Assembly (NCBI GenBank): GCA_002633005.1 | Contig: NMRA01000332.1 | Coordinates: forward strand, 197,121-261,120 | Length of the DNA: 64,000 nucleotides | Direction of reading: 5' to 3' | Origin: Phoronis australis | Lineage: Eukaryota > Animalia > Phoronida | Shown here: piece after piece, positions 24,701-39,700 of the stretch | Numbering within the stretch: the stretch's first letter is position 1 | Layout of the letters: the number at the start of each line of letters is the position of its first letter | Translations under genes and position numbers: made by a program | The notes under the pieces: generated by a model | Told to the model about the DNA's origin: nothing | The model's database searches: none | The model's input: the letters and a program-made list of their open reading frames with translations, nothing else

Positions 24701-27700
24701 CCCCCTCTTTCCATATGCTGAATGACCAGCCACCAACACACAGAAGGATGTCTTTGAAAAACGGCGACCTCTGCAGGCTGACAATAGGACCATCATGGCA
24801 GGAGTTGTAAAATACAGGTTTAGGGGCTGTAATACACAAAAAATTCTGCTAAGGGTAGGCACAACACACATGACTTGATTTGGTTAAAATTTCCAAGTCA
24901 GAAAATTTTTTTCTATACTGTTGTACTTTTAATTTGATCTTGTAAGCCTAGCTCTTACCAATTGCATGATGAGACCGTAGGGACATCTGAAAAGTGATAT
25001 TCCACAGCTGGCCAGGCAACATCACTACATAATGGAAGTCGTCAAACTGTGTTTAAGCCAATCAGTGATCATAAAAACATTGGTTACAAAATCAGCAATG
25101 GCTTTCAAAGACGATGATTGTGACAATGTGCATGCCTGATGCAACACAACAGGCCATGTGGCTTGGCTTCAACGCAACCATGACTGACAAAATGCAAGTC
25201 ACATCCTGAAGTTCAAATCAATACAATACTTACTCATAACCTTGCCACTGTCCTGATCCTTCTGTGGCATCCAGTCTGCATAGATAACCTCTCCATCCTG
25301 GAAAGGTTTAGAAGAAAGGGGGGTTATCAAAAGTTCCAATCAGCAACACTTTTTCATGTAATGTATTTCACTTCACCAACTTTTGTCATCATTTCTTATT
25401 CCAGAATTTGATTTTTACATAACAAAAATGAACTTAAAGGGTTCTAATGTCAAACAAACTTTACCAGAAATCAAACTTTAGCAAACTAATGTTGTTAGTC
25501 TCTCCTTACCTCTCCACCCACATAGAACTTGGTGGTCACTTCAGTCAACGTTCTCTTCTCTTTACCAGAGGCTGGCTTGCCAAAGTTAAAACCACCACTG
25601 CTGGCTTCGCGTTCCACTTTGTTATCTGAAGTCTTATTCACTAAAACCAAAGATACAAGGATAATGAGACTCTAAAACTTCACATCTGAAATTAAGGAAG
25701 GCTGCTGTGGAATTTTGAGAAGCAGTGCATGATTATAAACAGAAGATAACAAAGAACAAATATAAGTAAACTGACTTCCAAATAACCAGGTGGTTTGTGT
25801 TAAAAATAAATTACAGCTACATACGTCAACAAGCAGACTGCAATATATGGGTGCATGCTCATTCGGGGCATCACAGATAATTAAAGCCACACAGAAAAGT
25901 CGAGAATCTAAAACTTAATATCAAAATCAAACACTGGTTTCCAGAGAGACAGGTGAACCACCTCACCAAAGAAACTTTGAAATTTCAAAAACTTAATATC
26001 CGTCCTCTTAATTAGCAAAATAAAAGTGGACATTGACTAGGAGATATGTACGCTTAGCCAGGCAACAACATGATTGTTCAGAGGATTTAAACAACAAAAC
26101 AAACGTACAGACGTTACGATCTCCTTGCCTCTCCTGAACGCTAAACTTGACAGGACTGTGATCACCACCAGGCTCTGACCTTGTTAAATATACCTGTGAC
26201 GGAACGAAAGTTAGGCTACTATAGTCACAATGTTTTCATATGGGTGTGGCTCAGACCTTGCTAAGTCACACCTGTGATGAAAAAAGTTACAAGACTACAC
26301 AACGTGGCTCTGAGTTAGTATTTCCATGAGGCCAAAATGTTTAACCGGTTTCTTCATAAACTCACATTTACTTTCTGCAGGCATGTGACAGTGCAATAAT
26401 GGTATTATCAACACGCATGTGGTATAAAAAGAACAGCATTTAGGTCACAGACATTACTGACTTGTACGTTGCCTGAATCACCAACAAGAAGCACAAGATT
26501 TCCTAACAACATAAACTTCTAGATAGGTAGTTTCCTCAGTCCACCCGGCTGACTTTTTGATGGAATTTAATTCCTTAAAACAACACGTTTTGTTTAATTT
26601 AATTTTTGTTCTTCTAAACTAAGCGAGATACCCTGTCTGAATATCAACTGCTATCCTGCAGAGAGTCGTTGAATTTCAGTTAGGACTAGATCCAGCTGAC
26701 GGCTGATTGTAGGGATGTAAATTTAAAGGACAATATTAACAAGTAAAAACTTGGCAATAAAGATGCATTTTGCTATGTTCAGTTGGCTAAAAATGAACAC
26801 CAAATTGAAACTTTTACTCTAGACTAACTTATAAAATCAGGCTCATAACATTTCTCACAGTGATAGGATTATATTTCAGATAGCAATGTAAGTCTCAAGC
26901 AATGCGTACATGCCCCATTTTCAAATTAAAGTAATTTTAGTGTTGCACACAAGCGACAGGTGTAGTACTATTCTTTTCCGTCATTTGATCTTGTATACAT
27001 GTTGACAATTATCTGCAATATCACCAGGATGTTTATGAGCTGACAATTGTCCTGCAATGCATTTAATGAACATTGGCAACACCGCACATGAAAGCCCCCA
27101 AACTAATTAGCCATACCTTCAGAATTGGTTTCCATGTCAAGTCCAAATGTTTGAACATTAGTGAAACTCCGGAGGGATTTTTGCGATCGTCTTTCTTAGC
27201 ATCTGTTGTTTGATTCGTTTTTGGTGCCTTGATGTCCCACACTAGAATGCAACTGCAAAAAGGACTCAATGCAAAATTGTTGCTTAGACAGTGAGAAAAA
27301 CACAAGATTAATGCAAATTAATGACAGCATGGCTGATGTCTTTCCAACAGGTCCGCCATTTGCGAGAGTCTATTCTACAGAAATTTACATATTGATAGAC
27401 AAAAATGTATAAGACCCCTTTGCCTCTGATAGTTACAATAGTGAAGATACTGAAAAAGTTTTTCAAGACACTTTCACGCAATGCATACAAAATGACGGGA
27501 AATTTTGAGCATCGTAACTATTAATATTTCTATTGTAATTTTATCATTGTTGTCATTCTTAAAACAAATACTTCAAGGAAGAGTCAGTCTTGCAACAGAC
27601 GCACTTCATTTTAAGCACAGCAACCCAAAAGTGAAGAAGGATTTAAGCTTAAAACAAAGAATTTGACCTGTTATATGTTAATGATAGCAGGGAACTTCTC

Positions 27701-30700
27701 AATCAAAACAGTCTCCAACAAACAAAAACAATTCCTCATTAGTAATTACCTGCTGCAAAAGAGATTTATTGATAAAATGAACCTTATTGTGATAAATCAC
27801 TTCAGTGTTAGCTGTACATTAAAAAACGGAATGCAGAACATTACAGAACGGATGCTGTACATTACAGAACAGATGCTGTACATTACAGAACGGATGCTGT
27901 ACATTACAGAACGGATGCTGTACATTACAGAACAGATGCTGTACATTACAGAACAGATGCTGTACATTACAGAATGGATGCTGTACATTACAGAACGGAT
28001 GCTGTACATTACAGAACGGATGCTGTACATTACAGAACGGATGCGGAACATTACAGAACGGATGCTGTATCCCACTTATTGACAAACATCGTAAGTTATG
28101 GCGATGGCTTTATGTTCAAACTGGCAAGCTTAACAAAGGTTGGACAACACCTCAAAGGACCAGTGGATACTACTGGCTGAGAAAGCCTGGTAATGAATAG
28201 ACAACTGTATATTTATCAACAGGCGATACACCACTCACTCCAGCCACGGGGGTGTAGTGACGGTTTATTCATGCAGATGACTAGTTCACTTACTGGTCAG
28301 TGGCACACGTCATTAGCTGACTGCATTCCTGAGATCTGTTTTCTTGTGGCACACCCATTCTGTTTAACTAAAACAGCGAAATCACAGACTTTGGTTATGA
28401 GAAGAACGTGAATACAAGCCATACAGTTCCATACCTAACAACAGAGAACAAGCTGTCCAGTTAAATTGACTTATTTAATCTTGTGTACCATCTGAAGTCA
28501 TTCGGCATAATTCATGCAATGTTTAGTTGACCACAGAAAGTATTGTTTAGAAAATAAATGAAACTGTTACAACATGACAGTGATCCAGACAGAAGTTTTT
28601 AATATCACCACCTGCTTGCTTCTAAATTACAGTCCGACTTACTCATTTCAAAAATTACAAAAAGCATTAAATGTTTTCAGCAAAATTATGCAGCAGGTGG
28701 AAAAGCAGTAAACCATTTAACACAATGACAAATAGTTCTTTATTTCAATTAAAATGTGACTAAAGTAGAACACAATGACAAATAGTTCTTTATTTCAATT
28801 AAAATGTGACTAAAGTAGAACACAATGACAAATAGTTCTTTATTTCAATTAAAATGTGACTAAAGTAGAACACAATGACAAATAGTTCTTTATTTCAATT
28901 AAAATGTGACTAAAGTAGAACACAATGACAAATAGTTCTTTATTTCAATTAAAATGTGACTAAAGTAGAACACAATGACAAATAGTTCTTTATTTCAATT
29001 AAAATGTGACTAAAGTAGAACACAATGACAAATAGTTCTTTATTTCAATTAAAATGTGACTAAAGTAGAACACAAAAAAAACCTGTCAATCGTACTATAT
29101 GACAATTAAACTGGGATACCGACACAGCAAGGGTTGCAAAAATTTACACATTAAAAATACTCACATCATAATGATCAGGAATCCACAGTAGATCTGTGAT
29201 GGCCGCTTTGTGGCTATGCTCGATACTCGAGACGGCACTGTAACGTACAATAGGCGTGTCCAGCCCGCTGCCATCATCAAAGCCAGGCAAGGAGTTGAGG
29301 GAGTCCTTCTTCACTTCCCTGCTGGTCCGCTGGGCCTTGAGTCGCTCAGCATAAGCCGACACATCCCACATGACGACCTGTCCATTGATACAGCCTCCAG
29401 CCACAATGTTGGGGTTGACAGGGTTGAACTTGAAGCACAGAATGTCGTCGGGTGCCTCTAGTAGTAGCTACAGCAACAGCAAGAGATGCAAATTGAGGAT
29501 CACAAAACAGTATCAGACATGATACTAACATACAAAGCAACATTCATAACTTTTCACACTGGAAGCGTTGGCGCAAAATTAAATCAAAACGTTCGACGCA
29601 ATGCAACAGTATGTCCCACGGTAATAGTGACTGTCATACTAGTTAAACAACGTTCAACAAATTTTAAGATCAAAACAAAGTGTTGCTATAACCTTACCAT
29701 TGGATTGATAGGGTCCACAAAACTCCATATGAGAATAAGAGAAGGATTTAGGATTATTTTTGCCGAATGGTCAATCCTCTCGTCAAAGTTCATTCTTTCA
29801 GCACAGGAGACACCAATCAGCCCTAAAAAGAACACAATACGTCCACTCAGTGTAGTCATTTCATCAGATTATGTCCGAAATGCAGTTGGCCATTAATTAT
29901 ACTTAAAGAACAGAGCTGACATTTTTGGTGTTTCAAGATGAAGTAATATCTCAGTATGTCTGAATTGGGATTACACTCTGTCGTTTTATCGTACCTTGTA
30001 CTTCCACGTACAGAGGTCGACGAGCTTGTAACAACTGAATCATGCTGTCTTGTGATTAAAGTCCCAACTCGACTTCTAATCAAGCACAAGATCACATAGT
30101 GTTCATCAAATTATCATATGCCAAAAATGGCATTTGTCTTCAATTCACACAAGGAACTTGGGTGCTTTACAATAATAGAACAGCGTGGTTTGCTTGATGT
30201 AAGTGAAGACAATAAAGTTCATGGCAGCGACGTGTGACACAGTTCTGTATCTGCGTCATCCAGTTGTGCCTGTATGTTTGTACACCTGGCAAGGCTTGAA
30301 CCAATGCGCCTGCTGTGGGTAATTCGCAGCATTCAAGTTGAGCGTTCAAGTAATTTTGAGAGAAACTCCAGATATTAAAAATTTGTAAGCTTTAATGGGG
30401 GGTTGTTTTTAACTAACCTATCTAGATTACGTGTGCAAAGAAAAATGAGTGGAAAAATTTGGAATAAGTACCGACCAAAACACCGAGACCAAAACAATAC
30501 AAATATAGTGAAGGATTCCCCGATTATTCAGTTGATGCACTATTATGACGTCAAATGCATCTGGATGACATTTCTAGCTCACTGAGTGCACATGAGCAAG
30601 CATATCAAATATAATGTGTGACTGAATGGATTTTCAGAGTGACGACAGGGTTTGTTGGTATGAATTGGTCAGCCACATAATGAAACGGCACTGACACCAG

Positions 30701-33700
30701 GATATGTGCTTGAATGGTTGATGAGAATAGAATTCTTTCGCTGTTTGGAAGACTCAAAATCCACCTCAATGATCTCTCATTGCTGTGGTGATCCATTAAT
30801 AGCATGTACTATTTCAATATGTTTTGACCCAAATCGTTACCGGGATTTTCTGTAGATAGGGAAATGGCCGTGTATTTGGAAAATGAAAAATTTCAGACGT
30901 TTTAGTAACACCAAGTCAACACGCAGGCATTTATTCGGAAAAGGAGGGCGTGTAAACGGAAAGTCATAGGCTTCCTGATTTTGACATTTTTTACTTAAAA
31001 ATGTGTTATGTTATGTTAATAAATGCATAGATCACCAGCACTTTGTTCCTTTTTGTAAATACAAAGCTGAATTTGTGACAAAAGTTGACACTTATTAGTG
31101 GGCTTTTAAGAGGAAAATTTCCGAATAGACTCCCCACTATCTGGACACTTGAAACCAGAAGTTGTAAATAAACACCCATGGGCGTTAATTTTGCATCATT
31201 TTTGGAAAAAATGCCCATGACCATTTCATCGGGTGGACTTTAAACCCAGCACTACTTAACTATCACATACAGCAAATATATTCAATTTGGTGACAATATG
31301 ATATAAAATGTACAGCTAGTACACAGGAAAAGAAATTACTAAAGACAAAATACTGTTTTCCAGTCATATGTCAGTTAACACCATTTACAACAGAAATGAC
31401 GGATAATAAATTAAACATCATAGGTAGCAAAATTGATAACGGTTACCACAGAAATTAGCTAACTCATCTGATAGTAAAGTACCTTCAGTCTTAGACATGA
31501 CAAAAGGCTAACACGATGATGAATTCGGCTTGCACCAAGCCATCAAAACCAGGAAATCAGATCATTCTATCTATAAATACCATTGGTGTGTACTGAATTG
31601 TCCAACGTTTCACTTACAACAAGAGAACATTGCCAGGGAATTTAGTTGACTGAATTCCACAACAGACAATATGATTTAAAATTAACAAATTCTATATTTC
31701 AGTCACAGTGTTTAACTTACCTTTTACAGTAGGATGCCAGTCAATACTAGTTATCGTCTTCCGTTTGCTGAACTTCAAGTCAGTGAAGGATTGGTATTCC
31801 TGCAATCAAAGTTTCACAACGGCTATTGGTCAAGCTTACACTGTGCATCATTTGGTTTCTCAACAGTCAACCCAAAATCCTTATGTAGGATACCATAAAA
31901 ATTTTTAATTTTGGCCAACTTTGGAGCATCATTTCTCAGAAATGGCTGGTCAGGATCATATGAAACTTTCAGATACTATGCTTTGTGCTTGTCTCTAAAA
32001 TGCACCACTTTTGCATGAGAGGCTATGAAAATAATATGTTTTTTTATAAAAAAATTGAAGTTGCATAAAACAAAAATGAAACGGCAATTTAGAAAACTGC
32101 AACAGTGGTTTTGAGATTTTTTCTTGAACATTTGTATCATATGAAATTTCCTCATGTTATTAATCCCGTTGGTTTGCATTAAATCAATGTAAATTTTTGT
32201 TTAACTTTATAGCTAAATCTTATAAAAACATGGTCATGTGACCAAATTAATGACAGATTGATTTACAGTCAATAATCAAATTCAAATAGTTCTGCTTTCA
32301 GAAAAAAAATTATATATTATTGCTGAATTACTATTAATATGTAGATGTTTGACTAAATATACAGTATTTTCAATAAAGTAATACATAAACCTAATCAAAA
32401 ATAGTTAGAAAATACCACTCTCTTCACTCTATTTAATATAACATCACAGTTACGACTACACGGTGTATTGAGATGCACAATCACCAATCATAAGCTGAAA
32501 ATTCGATTCTTAAATGCCAACACAGAACATATTGAAATCATCACAGTCAATAACCTTTGACTGTATTGCACACACAGAAAAAAAATTAAATGAAAAAGCT
32601 CTACTCGCGGTCTGTACAGTATTGTTGTAAGAAAAACTGCTGTGTCCAAGACACTATCTCCAAACTGAGGATGAGCCAGAATCAAGACTCGAATTCTAAC
32701 GAAAATTCAAAACTCACGTCAAGCATCCATTTTTTATTAAAGAGTAATTTACACCTACAGAAGATTTCAGAAAAGAATCTTGATTCTAAGTTTGAGCATC
32801 TGCCAACTTTCAAGGCAGTGTGTTATCCAATATTTCTACGAAGTATCAAAAATTGAAACTGATCAGATCTCCGATCGTAAAGTTACCATCAACTGTTTTA
32901 CCTTAAGATGGTTATCCGATTTTCCACCAAACGTTGTATCCTCGTCTCCCAGGTTTTCCCAGTCATTGAAAAACACGTCCATAATGCCATTCTGCTGAAG
33001 AGCTAGCTCAAACCTGAAATAAGTAACATTTCACATGAAAGGACCAATACAGAAACCTCTCACTTGCTTTTAACTCCGGATGACAGCAGTTTCTAAAACA
33101 GATATCAGTCCAGTCCATTGTTAAACCATCTGGCATCATGACTTGCAGGCGAATTATCATCCATGGTTCAAAGGGTTACTAAAATCATTCATCAACGGGT
33201 ACCAGAGAACGGAAACCTAACATGTATGTTGTGGCTATATTTTATTTCCTCACAGTAAAATGATCCTATTACGCACTGGTTCCAAATATCACCAGTTATA
33301 CTCCGCAACATATCAATTTCGTCAAGTCATCGTTTTAGCGCCACTCATGTGGTAATTAGTCTATTCTACAATATATGATTTTAGATCAGATTTCCTGTCA
33401 AACAGGCTTCTTTGTGACAGCAGGAATTGTACAGAATTGACAAAGTACAAGGAAACAGGGAGTTTCTAATGTTACAGCAAGTCACAAACAATGAAACTAC
33501 GTGAAAACATATTAAGCCAAATCCTAAATAATCTTACTTAAAACTATATTTCACTTGTTTATCTGAATAAAAAAAACAAATGTGAAAATCGAATAAAACA
33601 TTTTGCTTTCATAAAATCAGTCTTGTGGTATTTATTACCGTGATAGCATTCTACTTCCATTAACACACTGTCAACGCCAATAAACTCTGAAGCATTCTTA

Positions 33701-36700
33701 TTAAGTCGCTGATGATTTCCATGTCCTTGTAGGTAACAAAAATAGAATCGATATAATCCCAACAGTGGAAAGGAATATTATGAGACTGATTTTTTGCTGT
33801 CATAAAATCAATGACTTTTCTATCCAGTTAAGCAAAATGCAAGTTCAATTTAATCCCTATTTGCCCTTACAACTGCAGAATCAACTTTAAAATCTGTATT
33901 TAGAGTTATGTACTCCATATCAAGCAGTTAAACCATGGATTTAATTGAACAGCAGAAAACAAAAATTTCGAGTCCGGCATTTCGTAAAAATTTCACAAAG
34001 ACATAAATCACCACATTCAGGAATTTAGGAAGTCATTCCATAGTGAACAAATTCCATTTTACAGACACCAACAAAATAATGCCTTTCAAAACAACATATA
34101 ATAAGCAGTCCCATGACCAAAAGCTTTTTCCACTAAATAATTGTCCAGTGTTTGAATTAAAGGAAAGTTTTCAACACTCAAACGAGTGCTTGTTAAGTTG
34201 CTTACATACCTTGGCAGACTGTCTACAACAAATTTTTTCAGATCCTCATTTTTTAAGTACTCATCCCTTTCGGATTCAGTGAAGTTTCGCGGCATGTACT
34301 GAGTGTAATTGTTGCGAGGATACTTCCAATCTGTTTGTGTGCCCGAGCTGACAAAATCAGGGATGGCCTGCAGGTAAAAGATAAGCGTACGACGTGTCAC
34401 ATTTTTTCTGCATACACCAGAGGATACAAGCCACGCTCACATGACACCAGAAGCGTGTTCAACAGAGTGAGCACCCGCTAGCGTGTACTCGCGAACACAA
34501 GGAACAGCTTCTGAAAAGCTGTGAGCGCTCACTGTGTGATCCAGTATGGCGACTCTGAAGCAGATTGTGTTGAACGTCTTAGCCGATGAGCTTAACACTA
34601 ACAGTCCTTCCTATGGCGTACTGAGCGATAAATATGATTAATCTTTGCCAATAATTATTAATATCGGCAGCCCAAGACAAAAACCCTGAAGGCTTTGGCC
34701 CGACAAGAATCGAAAATTATGTCGAGGAAACTGTTCCTCGCTACAGCGACCCGCAACTTAAGTTGCAGTTTCGGATGAGTCGGTCAACTTTTGAGGTTAG
34801 TTTTCGTGTTGCAGAACCATAATGGGTTCATATGTTGCAGACGTGAAGCCTTCGCAGGACGCCATCTTGGAAATCTAAGCGAACATGCTCTCGAGGTTGT
34901 TCGCGAGCGCTTGCGAGCGCTAACGTGAACACAGCTGTTCAGGACGAGGGCGCTCAAATCGCTCGCGGGCGCTCACTCTATTGAACACGCTTCAGATGCT
35001 ATTTTTGAATGTCACGTGACCAAAGCCCACCACAGTGAGTAGAGTAACGCTTACAGAAGTCTTGCATTTTGAGACTCAGTTTTGTCCACTGAATAACATG
35101 ACAGACCCTTGTAAGTGACTATTACCCATAATAGTACTGTCCAGATGAATGCAAGCTCATCTCAAGGAAATCTATTGCTTATATTCACTTCTTATTAATT
35201 AGTTGAATGACAGCAAACTGTTAACATTAACAAACGCACGTCAAGCATTTTTGCTTGTTTTAGATTTAAGTATCATACGTCTGTCCAGAATAATGCATTA
35301 ATTCCGCAAATCTCATTGAAGCCAACAAAGTGCCATGTAGCTATACAGTGTACATCAAAAGAAACCTGAAAAATACAATGATTCCACATCATGACGGTCA
35401 ATTCTGTGCGCAGATTTTTTCTATTTAATTCCGGCTGAAAATGACCCATTGTAATGACTGTATTCTCTTAATGCCACCAAAATGGCTCACTGGGTACAGT
35501 AACTGCAAACATTGACCTAATCTCCCATGTAGAGCGCACTTGTAGCGGCATGATGTCAACAACTTGATAGCCGTTATTGGTAACTGTGTATTGCCAATTA
35601 AGGATTGTTGATACTACAGTGAACATTTAACTAACTGACACTTTTAGATCATTGAAAGTTTTGTGTTTTTCAATTAGCTCTTAGCAAGATGCTTAACTCA
35701 ATGACACGACTGATGCCTGTTTGATGTACAACTCAGTCATCTCAAAATCATAATCTTGAACAAACCCAACAACCAATTTAAAAAGGGGCATGTCTAGGAC
35801 AAATGTTTGTCCAAAGAAACGAGGGTTATCCTCTGTCAGTAACATTCTAATAAATGCAGTTTTCAAGCAAACAAATGATTCATGCTACCTATTGTAAAAA
35901 TGCGAGGCATGGGAACATTTTAAATACTTCATAGTTGTGTGGCAACAATTACGTGTATCATGTTTCTTATGCACTAAGTTCATCAACTTAAAGATATCAG
36001 TAGGTTTGTTTACAAATGATTATATATCACAGAGGGTTAGTCAATTCCATTTTCAAACAGTCAACTGTTACTGCAAGGAATTCTGTCTGTGCTGAGGCAT
36101 CGTGACACAGAATAGCGGGTCTGAAGGATTATGTCTGTTTTCCTTTGGCTTGTACAACGTTACAGAGGATGAGAATCAACAATTTTCTTCAGAAAAATAA
36201 AAAAGGAAGTGAACTTAACGTAATACTTCATCACACGAAAACACAAACCATGATTGTATTTTAAATAAAAATTTGAATATCAGAATTGTTGTTGGTTCTT
36301 CTAGCAACAACGCACCTGAACGGCAGTGTCTTTCTCCATCTTGGAAATGTTGAAGTTGGCATCCTCTGCAGAAGCACACTCTATGTAACCATCCTTGGCA
36401 TCGCCAACGTTTCTGTCAGTGAATGTCACGGGACGGCCAAAATCTCTTCGCACCCGCTTCACAGACATGGATATCTGGACGAAAATGCATGCGATTAAAT
36501 GTCATTTATAACACGCTGAAATGTGGTAAGAAAATATAATCCTACCAATACCTTCTTTCACTAAACATGGATTTAGCAATTCATATGAAATAACAACCAA
36601 ATCCCCAACCCACCTCAGACAAATCTGAATGATTGGAAAATATGCGACTTAACGGCGACCAACCTTTAAGTCATGTAGTGCAGTGGAGACAGTACATCTT

Positions 36701-39700
36701 TTGCACTAATAAATCTACAGCGCAATTTGACCAAAAAAGGAAAAAAGGACCACAGCTCGCTGGAAGTCAACTTGCTTGACACTGTCCTAATTAGAGTTGA
36801 CCGATACACACTATGGTTGTATTGCATACACCAGCTGTTAACTCCAAGTAAATCCACATGACCGGCAAGTTCTTGGATATGATTTGATGCTGGTATGGTA
36901 CAGATTTGGGCTATGAGACAAATCTCTTGGTACAGATTTGGGCTATGAGACAAATCACTTGGTACAGATTTGGGCTATGAGACAAATCACTTGGTACAGA
37001 TCTGGGCTATGAGACAAATCTCTTGGTACAGATTTGGGCTATGAGACAAATCTCTTGGTACAGATTTAGGCTATGAGACAAATCTCTTGGTACAGATTTG
37101 GGCTATGAGACAAACTGATTTAATTTGTTTGTAAGGCACAACAAATGTCATCGATCTGAGTTTGCATACCTTGGATCTGTTGTACTTGAGTGTTTCCTCA
37201 ACAATCTCATTCTCACTGCCAAACGACACCCAGTCTTTAGCAACTGGAGGTACATATTGATACACCACCTGTTCTTCATCCTCAGCCCGACCCCCACCCT
37301 CTTCATCCGTAACAGGGGGCTGGAGTGTGAAAGAAACAATGATTAGTTGTAGAAGGGTCATACACAGAATGGGTTCAAAAATTTTTCAGAGAGTGAAAGA
37401 TTGGTATCTCCATTTGTTACCATAAAATAAACTGGCTATTACATTACCACAACACGGAGCTTCTACAGACACTTACTAAAACTATAAAGTAAAAATTATT
37501 CAATGAAGATTTATGGCTGAAAATAGCAGCGATCAATTTTCTATTTATTTACAACACTTCCCTATAGTCACAACTGTAGCAAACATGTCGATCAAGCCAA
37601 CATTTAGTAAAACTTCCTTATGTTACACCATGTTTGACACATTTGACAGTAAAGAAAATCAACTTGTCTCTCATGTCATTTCTCACTGATCCCAATGGTT
37701 ACTTAAATGCAGCAGACTTGACAGTGTTCCCGACTGCAGAAATTTTACCATAAATTTTCGTAACATTATCCTTGCTGTTCTTCACCAACATAGTCACAAT
37801 TGCATAAAGTTAACATGACTTCAGGTCAAACACCAAACTCCATAATGACCATATACACTCATCATTCTTCAAAATGTCCGCAAAAAGACATAATTCCATT
37901 ACAATTGGTCTCAAACTGCCCTTAGTCAAATTTGAGGTGATTTTCTCCTCTTGCTTGACGCCAGGACCTACAAGTATGCTTTTCACGACCCGTTATTCCA
38001 TGCACCCAGCATGGTTTCAACAGGAATCACGAACTGCGAGTTATTTGCAATGCCAGACACCAGTTCCCATCCGAGACAGGAACAAGTTGAGACCAGTTTT
38101 GTAACCTATGACCTAAATAACAAGTTCCCTTTTTAATCGGAATGCGGATTGGTAGTTAGCCTCTTTCTTCTTGCATAACATTTCCTGGGGTAATAAGCAC
38201 CAACTTTTCTATTGCAGCACTATCAGAATGTCTCAAGCAGGACACTGTACTTTATAGCTAACAAATAAACATACATTCAGGATCCGCTCTTTTGTCTCTT
38301 CAGTGAGGGCGATGTAGAAGTTCTGTCCAAACTTGAAGTCAATGTCATACACAATCAAAATCTCCTCCGCTGGGTAATCCTTCAAATACAACCATAGGCT
38401 CTAATCAAAATTCAACATCAATAGTGTTCTATCACAATTTCAGTACAATCACTTGTTACTGGTGTCTCAAAATGAATTTAAAAATATCAAGGAAACTTCA
38501 TCAGCAACTAACGCAAAGCAAGACTACACATCACATGCAGATGATCTCAGACTCACAAGTAATGTTACCATTGTCTGGAACATGTGTGCGTATAAGGGCA
38601 TATATTGGTTTTTATTATCATAGTCTTTTAGTTTTCTAATGATTGTTGAATGTCTGGGCGGAGGTGTGATAGGAAAGCACCAATACAGTGCAAGTTTTGA
38701 AAGCCAAAAAATGTTTTAGTTCACGTTTTTCAGGTCTTTGGGAAATCGGTCCTGAATGTGCACAAGTGATACATTGTGTATTAGACCACCTGCATTTATT
38801 TTTTGCATGTTCTGGGATGGAACTATTTGCATTTTGGTTCTGTACATGGTAATTAATCATTGCCAATTACACATGCTTATGCCATGAATTGAATGTTCAC
38901 CAATTGCTTCATCAGGAAGACTCATGCACCACTGCTAAATTGAACTACCCCATGAAAAAGTTTGCAGAGTTGGATTAAACCATATTACTTTATCTTTACT
39001 CAGGTGTAGATGTTTAGGTTTCTAGCAGCTTGTGCAGATTCGCTAAAATACAACAAAACATGCCGCTAGCACAAAAATACAGAATCAACAAACGAGGAGC
39101 CTGTTTATTACTGACCTGAATAACAGCCTTGAAAGGTGAGAAATCTGACACAGCAGCCCTTGTCCTCATGTCTGTGATTATGTCCTCCTTTTTCAACAGC
39201 TTAAACGGACTCTCCTCAGTCACATCTACATCTGTTTGACACTGAAAAATCTCCTGGGTTTTGGAGGCCAAAAATATTGGCTCCGCACCCTCCGGGAGAG
39301 TGCCTGTAGAAAAGGAAAAATGATTTATTGCAAGATGGGTTGTCGGATAAATGTTACGAAAAATTGGGATAGACTCTCAGCAATACAAAAAGCGATTTCA
39401 AAAATTTGCTAGCAAAGATAGTCAAACTTACGAAAAAGTGTCAGTAAAAATACAATTTGTCCTATTCAAAAATCGGTGAAAGTTCAGACCAAAATAATTT
39501 TGGCTAATACTGATCTTCATTTGTCTTTTTTGTCAAGATTTTCAACTTTTTGAAATGTCCAACTGACTGTACTTTCTATAAGTTTTTGAAAGCTGGCTAT
39601 TAGACTACAAAAATATGCTGATAAAATGACATTTGGTAATTACCTGGCTCAGGTGTTTCTTCCTTAGTAACCTCATCTACTTTAAGTTCATCTTTCTTCT

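Noticed and set aside
27663-28180. Repetitive ORFs (ITERMLY, HPFCNVQ, DAVHYRT repeats)
   Set aside because: These are translations of a stop-poor 21-bp intronic minisatellite, with no splice or homology support.
28719-29075. CRISPR-like regular array (also considered for 36896-37114 and 40088-40224)
   Set aside because: Units are contiguous with no unique spacers, there are no cas genes, and the context is a eukaryotic intron.
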